Below, one piece after another: positions 1-12,757 of a stretch of DNA of 64,000 nucleotides. The number at the start of each line of letters is the position of its first letter. Positions within the stretch are counted from its first letter, which is position 1. Source of the DNA: Leucoraja ocellata (lineage: Eukaryota); the NCBI GenBank assembly GCA_036785375.1, contig JAWMAR010000023.1, forward strand, positions 4,030,001 through 4,094,000, in the 5' to 3' direction. The notes under the pieces were generated by a model, which did not search any database, had not been told where the DNA came from, and saw nothing but the letters and a program-made list of their open reading frames with translations. The position numbers were made by a program, and so were the translations under genes.

Positions 1-19
1 ATTCTGTGATATTTAGGCC

Positions 20-277
20 TGACACTCTTCTTCAGGTTGAGAGCCAGGGGAGAGAGAACACAGAGGCGTGAAAGGGTACAGAACAAATCAGAGCCGGCGG
101 CAATGCCCCGGGAAAGGTAGAGCCCACAATGGCCCGTTGTTGGTTGTGGAAGAGGTGGGATAACGAAGGGATGCAAACAGTGCAACTAGCAGGACGACAA
201 GAGTAGAGAAGAGACGGAGAGAGAGGGAATGCAAGGATTACTTGACATAAATCAATTTTCATACCGCTGGGTTGTAT
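20..277 (-). mobile_element. Penelope-like 3' fragment
   Basis: TCATACCGCTGGGTTGTA at ~259-277 matches the end of the Penelope ORF at ~30003. Confidence 0.6.
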
Positions 278-1989
278 TCCTACTATTCTAATATCTAATA
301 TTCTAATATTTATTTTCTATTCTGTGCTGCAGTTGCATTGTCTTTTTTTGGGGGGAGTTATCAGAAAGTTATTGTCCTCCTTAACATATTCCACCGCTCA
401 CTGAGATTGCCGTAGTTTCATCCCAAACACAGAGAGGCTTCCAGAGAGTAGTTACTCCACCAGGAAAATGATCCCCCCAAAATCTTATATATATATATAT
501 ATATAATCTTGAAAACACCTGGTAATCTGATCTCATGACATTCCGTTGTATCAGACTCAGTGTGAAATACCAAAGAGAACTTTAGACAGAAAACCCGAGA
601 GGATTCCCTTGTGCACAATTAGCACGATTGGATGGAGCTCACAGTGGGGCGAGTGAGTGCATCTATTCATCCGCTGCTCAATGTACTGAGTGCGGGGTGA
701 TGATAAATGGAGACGTTGGTTCATCAGCAAACCCGGGGCCTGGCTGGGAGCGCTGCCATTTAGTGGTGTGGGAAAGGTAGAAATCGCTAATGACCGTAAC
801 GCGGAGTGTCTAAACGGTTGCGTCTTCCAGAGACAGCTGGCGTCTCTCCATTCACTGCATCCCGACCAACACACCCTCCTCCATCCCCCAACCCCTCCCT
901 CTCCGTCAGAAGAAACTCTCAGAGTCTGTGAACAATCTAAGCGATGTAACGCCGGCCTTTACGCTTGAAACTCTACCCACGGTCTCACCGAGGGCCGATG
1001 AATGAAAAACTACCCCTCACCCGCCAGACCTACTTCTCGAAGTTAGTTCTATAATCATAACATTAGCATTGGAAAACTTTACAGAATATTGGAAAGTTCA
1101 CACGTTAGTAACATCGCTTTCTTTCCCCTATGGTTTAGGAGATTTTCATTTATCTTTGTCGTGTGCGCCGAGGTAATGAAAGGCTTTGTTTAGCAAGCTA
1201 TCCAAACAGCTCAGATATATAGCATACATCAATGCAATCGGTTCATACTCCAATACCATAAATAGAGCAGAGGGGAAGATACACGGTGCAGGATTTGGTT
1301 CTCAGCATTGTAGCATGTTGGTGTGCATCAATTCCTCAGACAAAAGTCCATTGTCCTCAGTAGGGTAGCGGTGAATTGGACAATACCGAGCTTGACTTCG
1401 TGTATTATTGTTGATTGAATTACCTGCGAAGGCAATTCTCTTCAACGCTCTGGGTAGGTGAATTGTGGCGAGGTTGCCCCGTGACCAAGGTTGCTGAGCC
1501 AGTCCATTGTAGGGCTAATGTTACAGAGCTGGGGGGATCATCAATCACGGCAAAGCGTGGTTAATAACACACACCCGAATGACAATTGCAGGCATCAGTC
1601 ACCACAAACATGTAGAAAGTAACTTCAAAGCGTTCCCCGGCCAGGCTTTTCCAGATGAGGCTTTCACATGAGGAGCGGAGAATGTTGGAGGACGTTTGTT
1701 CTGCTAACACGGGCGACCAGTTCGCGGTGGGAAACTGGAGGGTGGCGAGGAGGAGGGAGAGAGAGAGTGCGGGTGCAGTGAGATTTCTGACCTTTCATTG
1801 AGCGATTCTCGCTTTTTGAAAGCTTCAAAAGGGAATACAGATTTTAAAATACTGAGAAAGCGAAGGCGATTCAATCAAGTTAGGCCAACCTAATTATTAA
1901 AAGGTGTCCAACCTAACTCAATCCAACACCAAAATGCTTTCGCAATGAGGAGCGGAGACTTGTGCGGGAACTTATGCCGGCTGTTGCCG

Positions 1990-2375
1990 GGCGGGAGGTG
2001 CTGTGAGATTCCTGAGCAGAAAATTGTGATTGTGTCAGGACATGGAGATGATTAGCACGGCGCTGGCTTTGAGCGCGGAGCGTGAAACGGATTTGCCATT
2101 TACTACAGAGCGAGAAATGAGCGTTGAATAGCATCCCCACTATGACACTGGCCGCCAGCCCCGACCGCCCTGACACCCGCACACACTCAGCACCACCAAT
2201 TTATCGCTTCATTTTCCGCTGCGGGAGGGTCACCGCCGCCCAAGATGCTGATCCTGACGGTGCGTTTCATTGTCGGCGCAGAAGCGAAACTGATCAAAGT
2301 TACACACAAGTATCTAACTGGAGACGGGCGGCGCTTTGGAGAAAGCAACATTCCGATATTGTTTCATGGAATCTT
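1990..2375 (+). repeat. Local duplicated non-coding island A, copy 1
   Basis: Near-identical to 12053-12395, 13678-14019 and the reverse complement of 19511-19890. Weaker similarity to the 19.5 kb copy extends left to ~1835. Confidence 0.92.
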
Positions 2376-2394
2376 TCCACATCCAGGGTGGAGT

Positions 2395-3715
2395 CATAGA
2401 AACATAGAAACGTAGAAAATAGGTGCAGGAGTAGGCCATTCGGCCCTTCGAGCCTGCACCGCCATTCAATATGATCATGGCTGATCATCCAACTCAGTAT
2501 TCTGTACCTGCCTTCTCTCCATACACCCTAATCCCTTTAGTCACAGGGGCCACATCTAACTCCCTCTTAAATATAGCCAATGAACTTGCCTCAACTACCT
2601 TCTGTGGCAGAAAATTCCACAGATTCACCACTCTCTGTGTGAAAAATGTTTTTCTCCTCTCAGTCCTAAAAGATTTCCCCCTTATCCTTAAACTGTGACC
2701 CCTTATTCTGGACTTCCCCAACATCGGGAACAATCTTCCTGCATCTAGCCTGTCCAACCCCTTAAGAATTTTGCAAGTTTCGATAAGATCCCCCTCAATC
2801 CTCTAAATTCTAGCGAGTACAAGCCGAGTCTATCCAGCCGAGTCAACAATGTAATCTCCTACGTGTCCGGGAAAACTAACTTTATGGTTGCAAACTCATG
2901 CAGACTCAATCCGCTCCTAACCCGAAGCTTGATCAAGAAGCCGAAACACCAAATGGCCTAGGGGCAGAAAGAGGCTATTCCGCCCATCAAGTATACATGC
3001 AATCAAGGCTGATCTATCTTTCCCTGTCAACCCCATTCTCCTGCCTTCTCGCCATAACCTCTGACACGCTTACTAATCAAGAATCTATCAATCTCCGTCT
3101 AAATAATATCCATCGACTCTCCATATAACCATATAAACCATATAACAATTACAGCACGGAAACAGGCCATCTCGGCCCTACAAGTCCGTGCCGAACAACT
3201 TTTTTCCCTTAGTCCCACCTGCCTGCACTCATACCATAACCCTCCATTCCCTTCTCATCCATATGCCTATCCAATTATTTTTAAATGATACCAATGAACC
3301 TGCCGACACCACTTCCACTGGAAGCTCATTCCACACCGCTACCACTCTCTGAGTAAAGAAGTTCCCCCTCATGTTACGCCTAAACATCTGTCCCTTAATT
3401 CTGAAGTCATGTCCTCCTCCGACTTGCAATGAATTCCACAGATCGACCCCCCTCGGACTAAAGAAATTCCTCCTCATCTCCTTTGTAAAGGTACGTCCTT
3501 TTATTCCCAGGCTATGGCCTCTGGTCCTAGGTTCTCCCGCTAGTGGAACCATCCTCCCCACATCCACTCTATCTAGGCCTTTCACGATTCGGTAAGTTGC
3601 AATGAGGTCTCCTCTCATCCTTTTAATGAGAACAGGCCCAGCGCCGTGAAACTCTCACCCTACGTTAACGCAATGATGCCTGGGATCATTCACGGAAACC
3701 TCCCCTGGACCCTTT
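2395..3715 (-). mobile_element. Cluster of CR1/HER1-like LINE 3' fragments (nested)
   Basis: Peptides RTRGHSLRIRG..FRTE.RK.FFTQRVVNLWN.LP; (TTTCTATG)n-type tail at ~2396-2420; a second family with a TTATATGG tail at ~3120-3145 is inserted into a third. Confidence 0.88.
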
Positions 3716-4879
3716 CATAAACCACGATGGTCGCAAACTCAACCCCCCCCCCCCCCCCCCCCCGCCCCCCTCTTTACTCCACCTTCAACAATATCCCAGA
3801 AGTAGAGAAGTTGAAACCTTCCTGCCCTATTACTACACACCGAGTGGCACCCACCATCCTCTCAGTCTGCGAGCGGGCAGCGTTCCCTCAAACCTATGTG
3901 GTCTCCCGGTCAAATCAAAAGGATTACATTTTCTACACGCCAGGCCAACGAGTAATAAAATAAGGTTTAGAAACACAACTTTCTGGAGTAACGAATTTCA
4001 GGCTCGTTCAGAATCGAATGCAGGCATCAGAGGTTGGAAGGGGTGGAAGATTGCAACCTTCACGTGGTCCGCCCTGTTTCGACTAATGCAATCAACTCGA
4101 CGTGCACAAACGGAAGATCAAATAGAACAAGTTGTCCAACGACTTTAGGCTGTGCACGCCACACGAAAGAAGAAGAAAACAAGCAGCATTTGATGAATCT
4201 TTCATTCAATCTATTGGAAAGATCCTGGCATGCTTGCATCTATTCTGCAAAGGTGGTGCCACACACGGTATAGATTCCCACTGGCTCTGTATCACCACCT
4301 GTATCATACAGTAGGCGACTACCCCGACCGCTCTGCCTCTTTCCCCTACCTCCTCCCGCGTTTACACCCAAGGCCTGGATTCAGCTGGCCTCTGCCTCCC
4401 GACTTGAGGTCACACAGTCACGGAGTTAGATAATTCGGAGACGGTTTACCGTTCCTTTCCCGCCATCTCCTCCAAACTTGGCATCATTTTTTCCCCATTC
4501 ACTTCACTTCCTTCGTTTTCCTTTTCATCCTCAAAATATAAATCACAACGAAGTCAATCACAAGAAACTCGTTAATATCCATCCTATCATTTAACAAAAG
4601 CGAGGCATCTCTCGTAAATGCTGCTTGTTTAGCGTTTTATGAAGGCGCTGCTCCCATAATAACCCATCGAATGATGCCCAGGAATCGCGTTCGATGCGAA
4701 TCCGCGACTCCCGCTTGCTGCGTTTAAATGAAAAAAAACTATAATCCGGCGCCGAATTGTACACTCCGCAATCTCTTTCCCGCTCTCAAAATGTACAACC
4801 TCACCACGTTTATCAAATGTGATGTTTTTTTTAATTTGCTAAAGCGACCTTCTTTCTGGCATGTCCCGCACTAACATTT

Positions 4880-5178
4880 ACACATATCCCCTGCTTTTCC
4901 TCTCTCCCCCCCACCTTACTCCTAATTAAATGTTATCTTTATCTGCTTCGTTGTCAACTTTCCCCAGCTAAAAGTGATCTTTTCTACATTTCCTTGATCT
5001 CTGTCCACCTTGATGTGTCGATTTCACACCTTACACTTCCATGTCTCTGTGTCTCCCTCTCCCCTGACTCTCCGTCTGAAGAAGGGACTCGACCCGAAAC
5101 CTCACCCATTCCTTCTATCCAGAGATGTTACTTTACCCTTCGGTGTAAACCAGTATCTGCAGTTCCTCCTCTTACACG
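4880..5178 (+). mobile_element. Penelope-like terminal repeat fragment with hammerhead-like core
   Basis: Pyrimidine-rich tail followed by CTGAAGAAGGGACTCGACCCGAAAC and AAACCAGTATCTGCAGTTCCT, shared with many copies in the window. Confidence 0.65.
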
Positions 5179-5339
5179 TCCCCTCGCGCTTGCAATTTAT
5201 GTCGCTTTATTTCTCCCAACCAGCTCAGAATTACCCTGTAGCGTTGACTCTTTTTCTCTTCCCACAAGTGCTGATGATTTACAATCTTTACTTTTTTTAA
5301 TTTCCGAATTCCAGCATCTACATAATTGTAAAATATGTT

Positions 5340-5930
5340 TAGGAGATATTGTTAACGACAGTGCAGTTAACGCATTTAGTAAATTGGCATTTGGCCCCCA
5401 AATTGGTGGTACAGTGGGGTGCGAGGAATACGCTGTAATTTACAGAAGGACCTGGACCAATTTGTTGAGTGTAAGATATTAAATTTTAGTAAGTTAAACC
5501 AGGGTTGGACTTGCACAGTACATGGCAGAGCCCGGAGAATGTTGCAGAGCAGAGAGGTACATGGTCCCCTGAAAGTGGTGACATAGGTAAACAATGTGTT
5601 GAATGATGCGACTGGCCTGCTTGCCTTCATCAGTAAAAGATCTAAAGAAGGGCCTCAACCGGAAACCTCACCCACTCCTTTTCTCCGGAGATGCCACATG
5701 ACCCGCTGAGTTACTCCAGCATTTTCGTGTCTCTCTATTGAGACCAGAAGTTGGGATTTCATGCTGTGGCTGGACAAGGTGTTGAAGAGACCACACTTGG
5801 AGCACTGGGTGCAGTTCTGGTCGCCCAGCTATAGGGAGGAAATCATTAATCTGGAAAGGATGCAGATAGGATTCATCAAGATGTTACCGGGACTGGATGG
5901 CATGAGGCTGGAGAGACCGGGACATCGGGA
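5340..5930 (+). mobile_element. Decayed CR1-like LINE RT fragments
   Basis: SK.A...KIGG and RPHLEH.VQFWSP-like remnants, interrupted by Penelope-derived pieces. Confidence 0.7.
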
Positions 5931-8474
5931 TATGTAACGACCCGAAACATCGCCTATCTATGTTCCTGAGAGATGCTGCCTGATCCACCGAGTTAGTGCA
6001 GCACCTTGTGTATTTTTCTTTTTGCATGAACGAGCAAGGCCAGTTCCTCGTATCTCCTCGGGTTTTATAACTGGGTAATCCCATTTGCCCACTTGCTTAC
6101 TGAGTTACTCCAGTACATTGTGCCTTTCCCAGCTATAAACCCTGGTCTGCGTGGGCGAGTGGGGACGGCAGAGTCCATTATAACTCAATAACTTTCCTGA
6201 TCGAGAAATTGATATCAAACATTAAATAAATAATTTGCTGGAACCACGAGCAGATAGAGAGGGGGAGTTTCCATGACTTTCGGATTTCCAGTATCTGTAA
6301 TAATTTACTATTGTTCATCGCCACCGAACAGGTTATGTGAAGTGGCTCGGTAACATGCAGCGATAGTTACTGGACTCAGAAGACTCCGAGGCAGTCTGGG
6401 ATATGAGCCCACATTGTTTAAAGCGCCACAAATAAAGAGCAGGTGTCAGTAAAAGTGACCATAAAGCTGTTGGGTTATTGAATCCCCAGACGCGAGGTTC
6501 GATAGTGGTAACACTAAAGGACTATTCATCTGGAGATCATGAGTTCAAATCCTCATTTGAATTCACATTCACTCTGGTCAAGAGAGAATCTAATTACCTT
6601 TGGTTAATGGCAACTAATTCACTTCTGAAAGGGGCGATTCAGTCTAGAAGGTGTTATTAGGCGAGAGATAAATGGCCTTTGATTCTCAATTGGAGTTCAG
6701 GTCTCGTCAAGCGAGCGTGGGCTTGTCAGTTTCACTGTGAGACCCTGTCAGTTACAAGGAGATCCTTCTGATCAGAGCTCGGGTCTCATTTGTCTGCCAA
6801 ATGACTAACCGGACCCTGTTTAAAATGAACTGGAGAGGTCAGGATGGAGGGAGACTTGGGGTTAGGTTGAGTCAGGGACAGGATAGAATAAAATATAACC
6901 GAACTTTATCTGACCAATAACAGTATCGGAGGAAAGCAGCCAAATTATCCACTCCCGAAACTATCTATACCGTATCTGGGGTGGCTTTCAAAGAAGTATT
7001 GTTTCAATTTGGAAATCAGACATCAATTAATAAAATCATTTATCCGACTTTGTTTTTGGTTGGAAAATCCCCAAACTGCACTCGATGAACTATTACCCGG
7101 CTCCAACAACCTCGTTTAAGGAGCAGAGTCCCACTGTGTCGCAGTCTTGTGCCTCTTCCTGGCCCAAACTTCCTAGGAAGATCTAGAATTTACCCTAAAC
7201 AAATTCTAACTGTCAGTACCAAGAACTGTTGCCGTCTGCACATGGGAGAGAAACCGCCAATACGGGTTTAAATCAGAGCCCATGGCAAGATATATATTTT
7301 AAAATGAATATTAAAAGTAGATTACCTGAGTATAATGTCTATTTTTTTCTGAGAGAGCAACACGGCTTTGGGTCGCCGTGATGTATTTCAATGCCTTCAA
7401 TAGACATGACTTTCTTCCCAATCACTGGATATGTACAATATCCTATGTAACCCCGGAGTTGGTATTTCACCATCCTTGCCTTAGCAACTTTTCACCTGAT
7501 CTCCCACTGTTTCCCAGAAGTACGCTATCTATCCCCCCCCCCCCCCCCCTTCTGTCCCCACCACCACACTCACAAAGAAATATAAAGAGTTGCCCACAAA
7601 TGAAAATCAACTTCGAATTCAACGCATGCTACCCAACTTAGATGGGGCATCTTGGTGTAAGCAAACTTCAAATCTTGTCAAACTCCAGGACTATGGCAAC
7701 ATTGATACTGGAGTAAAACCGAAAACCAATAACTCGGGCAACTTTGCACAACAAAGAACATCCTCCACAAATGAACAAATGCCTGGAGAATATATTCGCA
7801 TTTGGTTTTAATTTGCAAGGTGATTGCCCGATATCACCTTGTCGATAAATCTAAACAAAACCCTGATGCAGACACGTGTTAAATTGTGGCCAAGAACTTA
7901 AATCACAGCATCGCGCAGAATTAGGCCATTCGGCCCATCAAGCCTACTCCGCCATTCAAACATGGCTGATCCATCTTTCTCTCCCAATCCCATTCTCCCC
8001 CCTTCTCCCCATAATACTGACACCCACACTCAAACCTGTTTACTGTTCCCCTCTCCCATCCCAATCACACTATAAAACCACAACCCGTTGCCCTTCAGAT
8101 ATTTCCTCCTGGTTTCGCGCCTACGCCAGCACCACTTTCTCCTTTTTATTATACCCAGAGACTAATTTTGGAGTAACTCAGTGAGTCAGACAACATCTCT
8201 GGTGAAAAGGAATAGGCGATGTTTCAGATCGAGAATTCTTCTTCAGCCAAAATGCTGGAGTGAATCAGTGGGGCAGGCAGCATCAGACTAAGACGGGTAT
8301 CGACCCGAAACGTTACCTATTCCTTCTCTCCAGAGATGCTGTCTGATCGGCTGAGGTTTATCCTCGGTATAAACCAGCATCTGGAGTTCCTTCCTACACA
8401 AGATAATATTGTTCCTAATTTAAACAATATTTTGGAGGGATTTAGAGATGGGACATCTCAACCAGAGTTCTCGG

Positions 8475-9168
8475 CCGGAACTTTGCTCGGTATCTTTAAT
8501 CTCCCGGGCCAGATGTTCGCAACATCAGCCCACAACAACTGAAGGCAGCTCATGTTTAAGAATGAAGGCCGCTCACTTGATTTTAACTGCGCCTCAAAGA
8601 CAATGAAGTGTTTGTACCGGGCCGGCTACAACCTCGCTGCTGCCTCTTCACAGCCCCTTTCACTCTGTGCCCGCACCCAGTGTGATGTTAATGCGGCTCG
8701 TTGGGGCTTCCTCGCCCATTCACAACCCGACCCACCCTTTATGCCTCTAATCAAACTCGAGTGACTTAAACAAGCTCCGGGAGAGTCCATCGAGCTTGTG
8801 TTTGGTCTCCACTTTGTGTCAAAGGCCTGACGCGTGGCAACACGCTCCCGTTCCCCACTCGCCACTTTCCTCGCGGTATCCAGTGGATCGTGGCGAGATG
8901 CTGCCGCGTTGATTGCGCGTCCCGGGTGGCGACTTGTCCCTCCCCGTGGCCGCGGGGTTGGGGGCTGTGGGAGCTCAATGGCACGGAGGCGTTGCTGCGA
9001 TTTTCCTCGCTGCGAGGCGCCGTCCGCGCTGGAGGCTGTTGTCAGGGAACTGGGTCACATATAATATAGGCAACGGGGCCCCGCCGATTCGCTGCGGATC
9101 AGCAAATTGCTTCTTTTGTTCTGGGGGTTTCTTGCGGGAAAAAGAGCAAGAAGGAAACTGTTCTTTTG
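8475..9168 (+). repeat. Local duplicated CpG-rich island B, copy 1
   Basis: Near-identical reverse complement at 21209-21907; the differences are mostly 1-nt indels. Confidence 0.92.
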
Positions 9169-9509
9169 AATTGGGTAGAAGGCGAAAGTGACTCAGGTCT
9201 CAGCTAAATCACAACCGGTAGGGTGGGGGTGGGGGTGGGGGTGGGGATGGGGGTGGGGTGGAATATAGAGAAATCTGACGTTACTGTCTGGGTTACTGAT
9301 AGTGTCCACGCATTAATCGGGAGTTGGTTGGAAGCATAATGAATATTCATCACCTTAGAATATTGTTATAATGCCTAATTCCCTGCAAGGTCATTTCACC
9401 GAATCTACAATTGATTATTTTTGAACAACATTGCCTATATTGCATTGATTAAATGGAGGGACGTTGCTTACTAAAGGAATCCCACCTGTACTAACGGAGC
9501 GAGCATAGA

Positions 9510-9790
9510 ACAACGTTTGGAAGAATGCGAGGGACCTCATTGAAACTTATCCAATAGTGAAACGCCTGGATACAGTGAATGCCAAAGAGTCATAAAGTGA
9601 TACAGCGTGGAAACAGGCCCTTCGGCCCAACTTGCCCACATCGGCCAACATGCCCCAACTACTCTAGTCCAACCTACCCGCGTTTGGTCCATACTCCTCC
9701 AAATCTGCCCTAACAATATACTTGCCTAACTGTTTCTTTAACATTGGGATAGTCCCAGCCTCAATTCCCATCTGTGGCAGCTTGTTCCAT
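9510..9790. mobile_element. CR1-like fragments
   Basis: GGGACCTCATTGAAACTTA and GGAAACAGGCCCTTCGGCCCA tail motifs. Confidence 0.7.
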
Positions 9791-9829
9791 TTTTGACCGC
9801 GTTGAGGAGATCTAGTTGCCCAATCCCCT

Positions 9830-10186
9830 TTTTAAACGACTTAACACCGGGAGCAGCACGTGTGTTGGGTGGTAACTTATTCCTTGGGTGAAGGGAATAT
9901 TGGTAGCACAGTTTATTGAAATTTAGCGAGTTGATGATGTGGGGACCGTTTTTTTTGTCTTGTTTCATGGCAGTTGGTGCTCTGGGATGGCGGGAGATTT
10001 GATGGCGTGATTTTGTGAATCTCCTTGTATATTACAATAAGTCTTGGACCTGATTCTAGGGTATCCCATCCGAGCTCTAGGGTATCCCATCCGAGAGAAG
10101 TCAGCATATTATTCACGCTTGATTTGCGCTTGTGGTCATTACATACAAAGGGGGCTGCTCGACGTTGTACTCTCTCCAGGGTGATC

Positions 10187-10221
<35 letters not shown>

Positions 10222-10560
10222 GAAGGGATCCCATACGGCTCCACAATACTCCAATTTGGGGCTGGTCAAGGACTTGTGGGCATTATCTTCAATGGATGTA
10301 CTACATGCGTGAACATTTCTCTTGATAAGGCCGAGTTATATTTGTCTTGTTAGACACTTGATTAATAGGCGTCGCCCAACTTAAATCTTTGCTTAATTCG
10401 ACTCCTAGATATGGGTGATGGTCGACAGCAAGCAATGTATAGCTGCCCATGTTGTATTCTGATAAGGGTGGTTCGATCTTGAGTGAGACATGCATGGTAT
10501 GACATTTGGTTGTATGGAATGATATCTGCCAGGTTTTCCCCACTCACAGAGGGCATCCCG
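9830..10560 (-). mobile_element. Decayed LINE RT C-terminus (CR1/L2 superclade, not the local CR1 family)
   Basis: WQISFHTTKC..., HPYLGVELSKDLSWA..., PKLEYCGAVWDP..., LERVQRRAA.FV..., SSVNNMLTSLGWDTLE; contains (TTG)n at ~10187-10222 and a 21-bp tandem duplication at ~10055-10095. Confidence 0.8.
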
Positions 10561-10569
10561 ATCGAGGTT

Positions 10570-10970
10570 TGAGAGGAGGGGATGGGGGGATGGGGAGTGG
10601 GAGAGATGGGGAGAGGGGGAGAGGGGGAGAGGAGGGAGGGGAGATGGAGAGGGGGGGGGAGGTGGATTGGGGAGGGGGAGAGGGGTAGTGGGGGAGAGGG
10701 GGAGAGGGGGAGTGGGGAGGGGGTAGTGGGGGAGAGGGAAGAGGGAGAGGGGAAGTGTGGGAGAGGGGGAGTGGGGAGGGGGGGAGGGAGGGAGAGGGGG
10801 AGAGGGGGAGTGTGGGAGAGGGGGAGAGGGGAGTGGGGAGAGGGGAGGGGAGAGGGGGTAGAGGGGGGAGAGGGGGAGTGGGGAGAGAGGGGGAGGGGGG
10901 AGAGGGGAGAGGGGGAGTGGGGGAGAGAGGGGGAGGGGGGAGAGGGGGGAGGGGGGAGAGGGGGAGAGAT
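10570..10970 (+). repeat. Purine-rich GGGGAGA low-complexity tract
   Basis: ~400 bp almost entirely G/A on plus; source of the Pro/Ser-rich and Gly/Glu/Arg-rich spurious ORFs. Confidence 0.95.
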
Positions 10971-12557
10971 AGGGTCTACGAGAGAGGCGACGGTGAGGGA
11001 GGGGCAGCGACGGCCCAGGTGTAGTGCACCATCCTCGGGAGATGGAGCCCCCCGCCGGGAGGTGACCAATGGCCAGTTGCACTGAACTGCAGCGTGCGAT
11101 GCTCTCTGGGCTGCGGCCCGTCACTAAATCACAGCAATGACTGCACTTCAAGAGTACTTGACTGGTTGTAAAGGACGTCCAGGCGTTGTGAAGGGGGCTA
11201 TAGACATGCTAATTATTTCTCTATTAACATGTGTAGATATAAACAAGTGTCTTTTGACAGAAGTCAGCTAACGTGCACAGTGAAGCTTTCCACCGCATTT
11301 CGTCTCGTCTGCTGCTACCCCGATAAAAACAAGCCCTGGCGGCGGCTCTGCCATTCTAGGGGAGATCACCCCCTTAGAAAGTTCACACGTGATAGGATCA
11401 GAATTAGGCAATTCGGCCCATCAGGTGCACTCCGCCATTCAATCATGGGCGATGTATCTCTTCCTCCTTCACCTCATTCCCCTGCCTTCCACCCATAACC
11501 ACCGACACCTGTACTAATCAAGAATCTGCAAATATGTAAATATCCATTGACTTGGCCCCCACAGCCGCCTGTGGCAACGAATTCCACAGGTTTACCACCA
11601 TAATGTGAATGTGACCTTGCTTATTAATTGGTATCACAAACCATCTCCATTCTCGAAGATAGCCACAACGTGCTGCTGTAACTCAGCGGGTCAGGCAGCA
11701 TCTGTGGAGAAAAGAGATCTGCAGAGATGCTGCCCGACCCGCTGAGTTGCTCCAACATTTTACTGAATTTGCTGAGTAAGCAGAGCTTTTTGTGTCCATA
11801 TTGTAAACCAGCATCTGCAGTTCTCCGTCCTCGCCTTTGTTAATAGCAATGGCCTCGCGTCTTCATTAAATGCCCTGGAACTTTGCGATACCACCTGCTA
11901 TACCCGGAGTTCAGGCATTTCGCCAGACAAGGGGAGGGAGGGGGGTGCAGGTGGGGTACATAAGCGCACAACCCAGCGCCAACGGTATAGCTTCGAGGAG
12001 CAGTGCTAAATGTTTTCAAACAGCGAGAGCTGCTGCCGGGTGGCGGGGGGGCACTGTGAGATTCCTGAGCAGAAAATTGTGATTGTGTCAGGACATGGAG
12101 ATGATTAGCACGGCGCTGGCTTTGAGCGCGGAGCGTGAAACGGATTTGCCATTTACTACAGAGCAGGAAATGAGCGTTGAATAGCATCGCCACTATGCCA
12201 CTGGCCGCCAGCCCCGACCGCCCTGACACCCGCACACACTCAGCACCACCAATTTATCGCTTCATTTTCCGCTGCGGGAGGGTCACCGCCGCCCAAGATG
12301 CGTTTCATTTGTCGGCGCAGAAGCGAAACTGATCAAAGTTACACACAAGTATCTGACTAGAGACGGGCGGCGCTTTGGAGAAAGCAACATTCCGCCAATA
12401 TTCTGGCGAACCTCCACTGTGGCCTTTCCAAATCCTCCACGTCCTTCCTGTATTAATACTCCAAGTAAAACCGGAATAATACGACCATCGTGAGATTTGT
12501 GCTGTTGTTGTATTGAGTGAGATCCCTTTGATCTAGTGATGACTGCGGTGATGGGGA

Positions 12558-12757
12558 NNNNNNNNNNNNNNNNNNNNNNNNNNNNNNNNNNNNNNNNNNN
12601 NNNNNNNNNNNNNNNNNNNNNNNNNNNNNNNNNNNNNNNNNNNNNNNNNNNNNNNNNNNNNNNNNNNNNNNNNNNNNNNNNNNNNNNNNNNNNNNNNNNN
12701 NNNNNNNNNNNNNNNNNNNNNNNNNNNNNNNNNNNNNNNNNNNNNNNNNNNNNNNNN
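12558..12757. other. Assembly gap (200 N)
   Basis: Run of N; sequence 11144-12557 is repeated at 12758-14182. Confidence 0.99.

Noticed and set aside
767-1733. Isolated RBPJ-type GTGGGAA motifs at ~768 and ~1727
   Set aside because: Single unpaired 7-mers are expected by chance.
1913-2399. Repeated ORFs MRVSGRSGL... / MLFNAHFSL... in island A
   Set aside because: Starts, stops and frames differ among copies and no protein family was recognised; no match to a known ncRNA family was recognised either.
10362-11151. 235-248 aa Pro/Ser-rich ORFs
   Set aside because: Translation of a low-complexity G/A tract; no splice or domain support.
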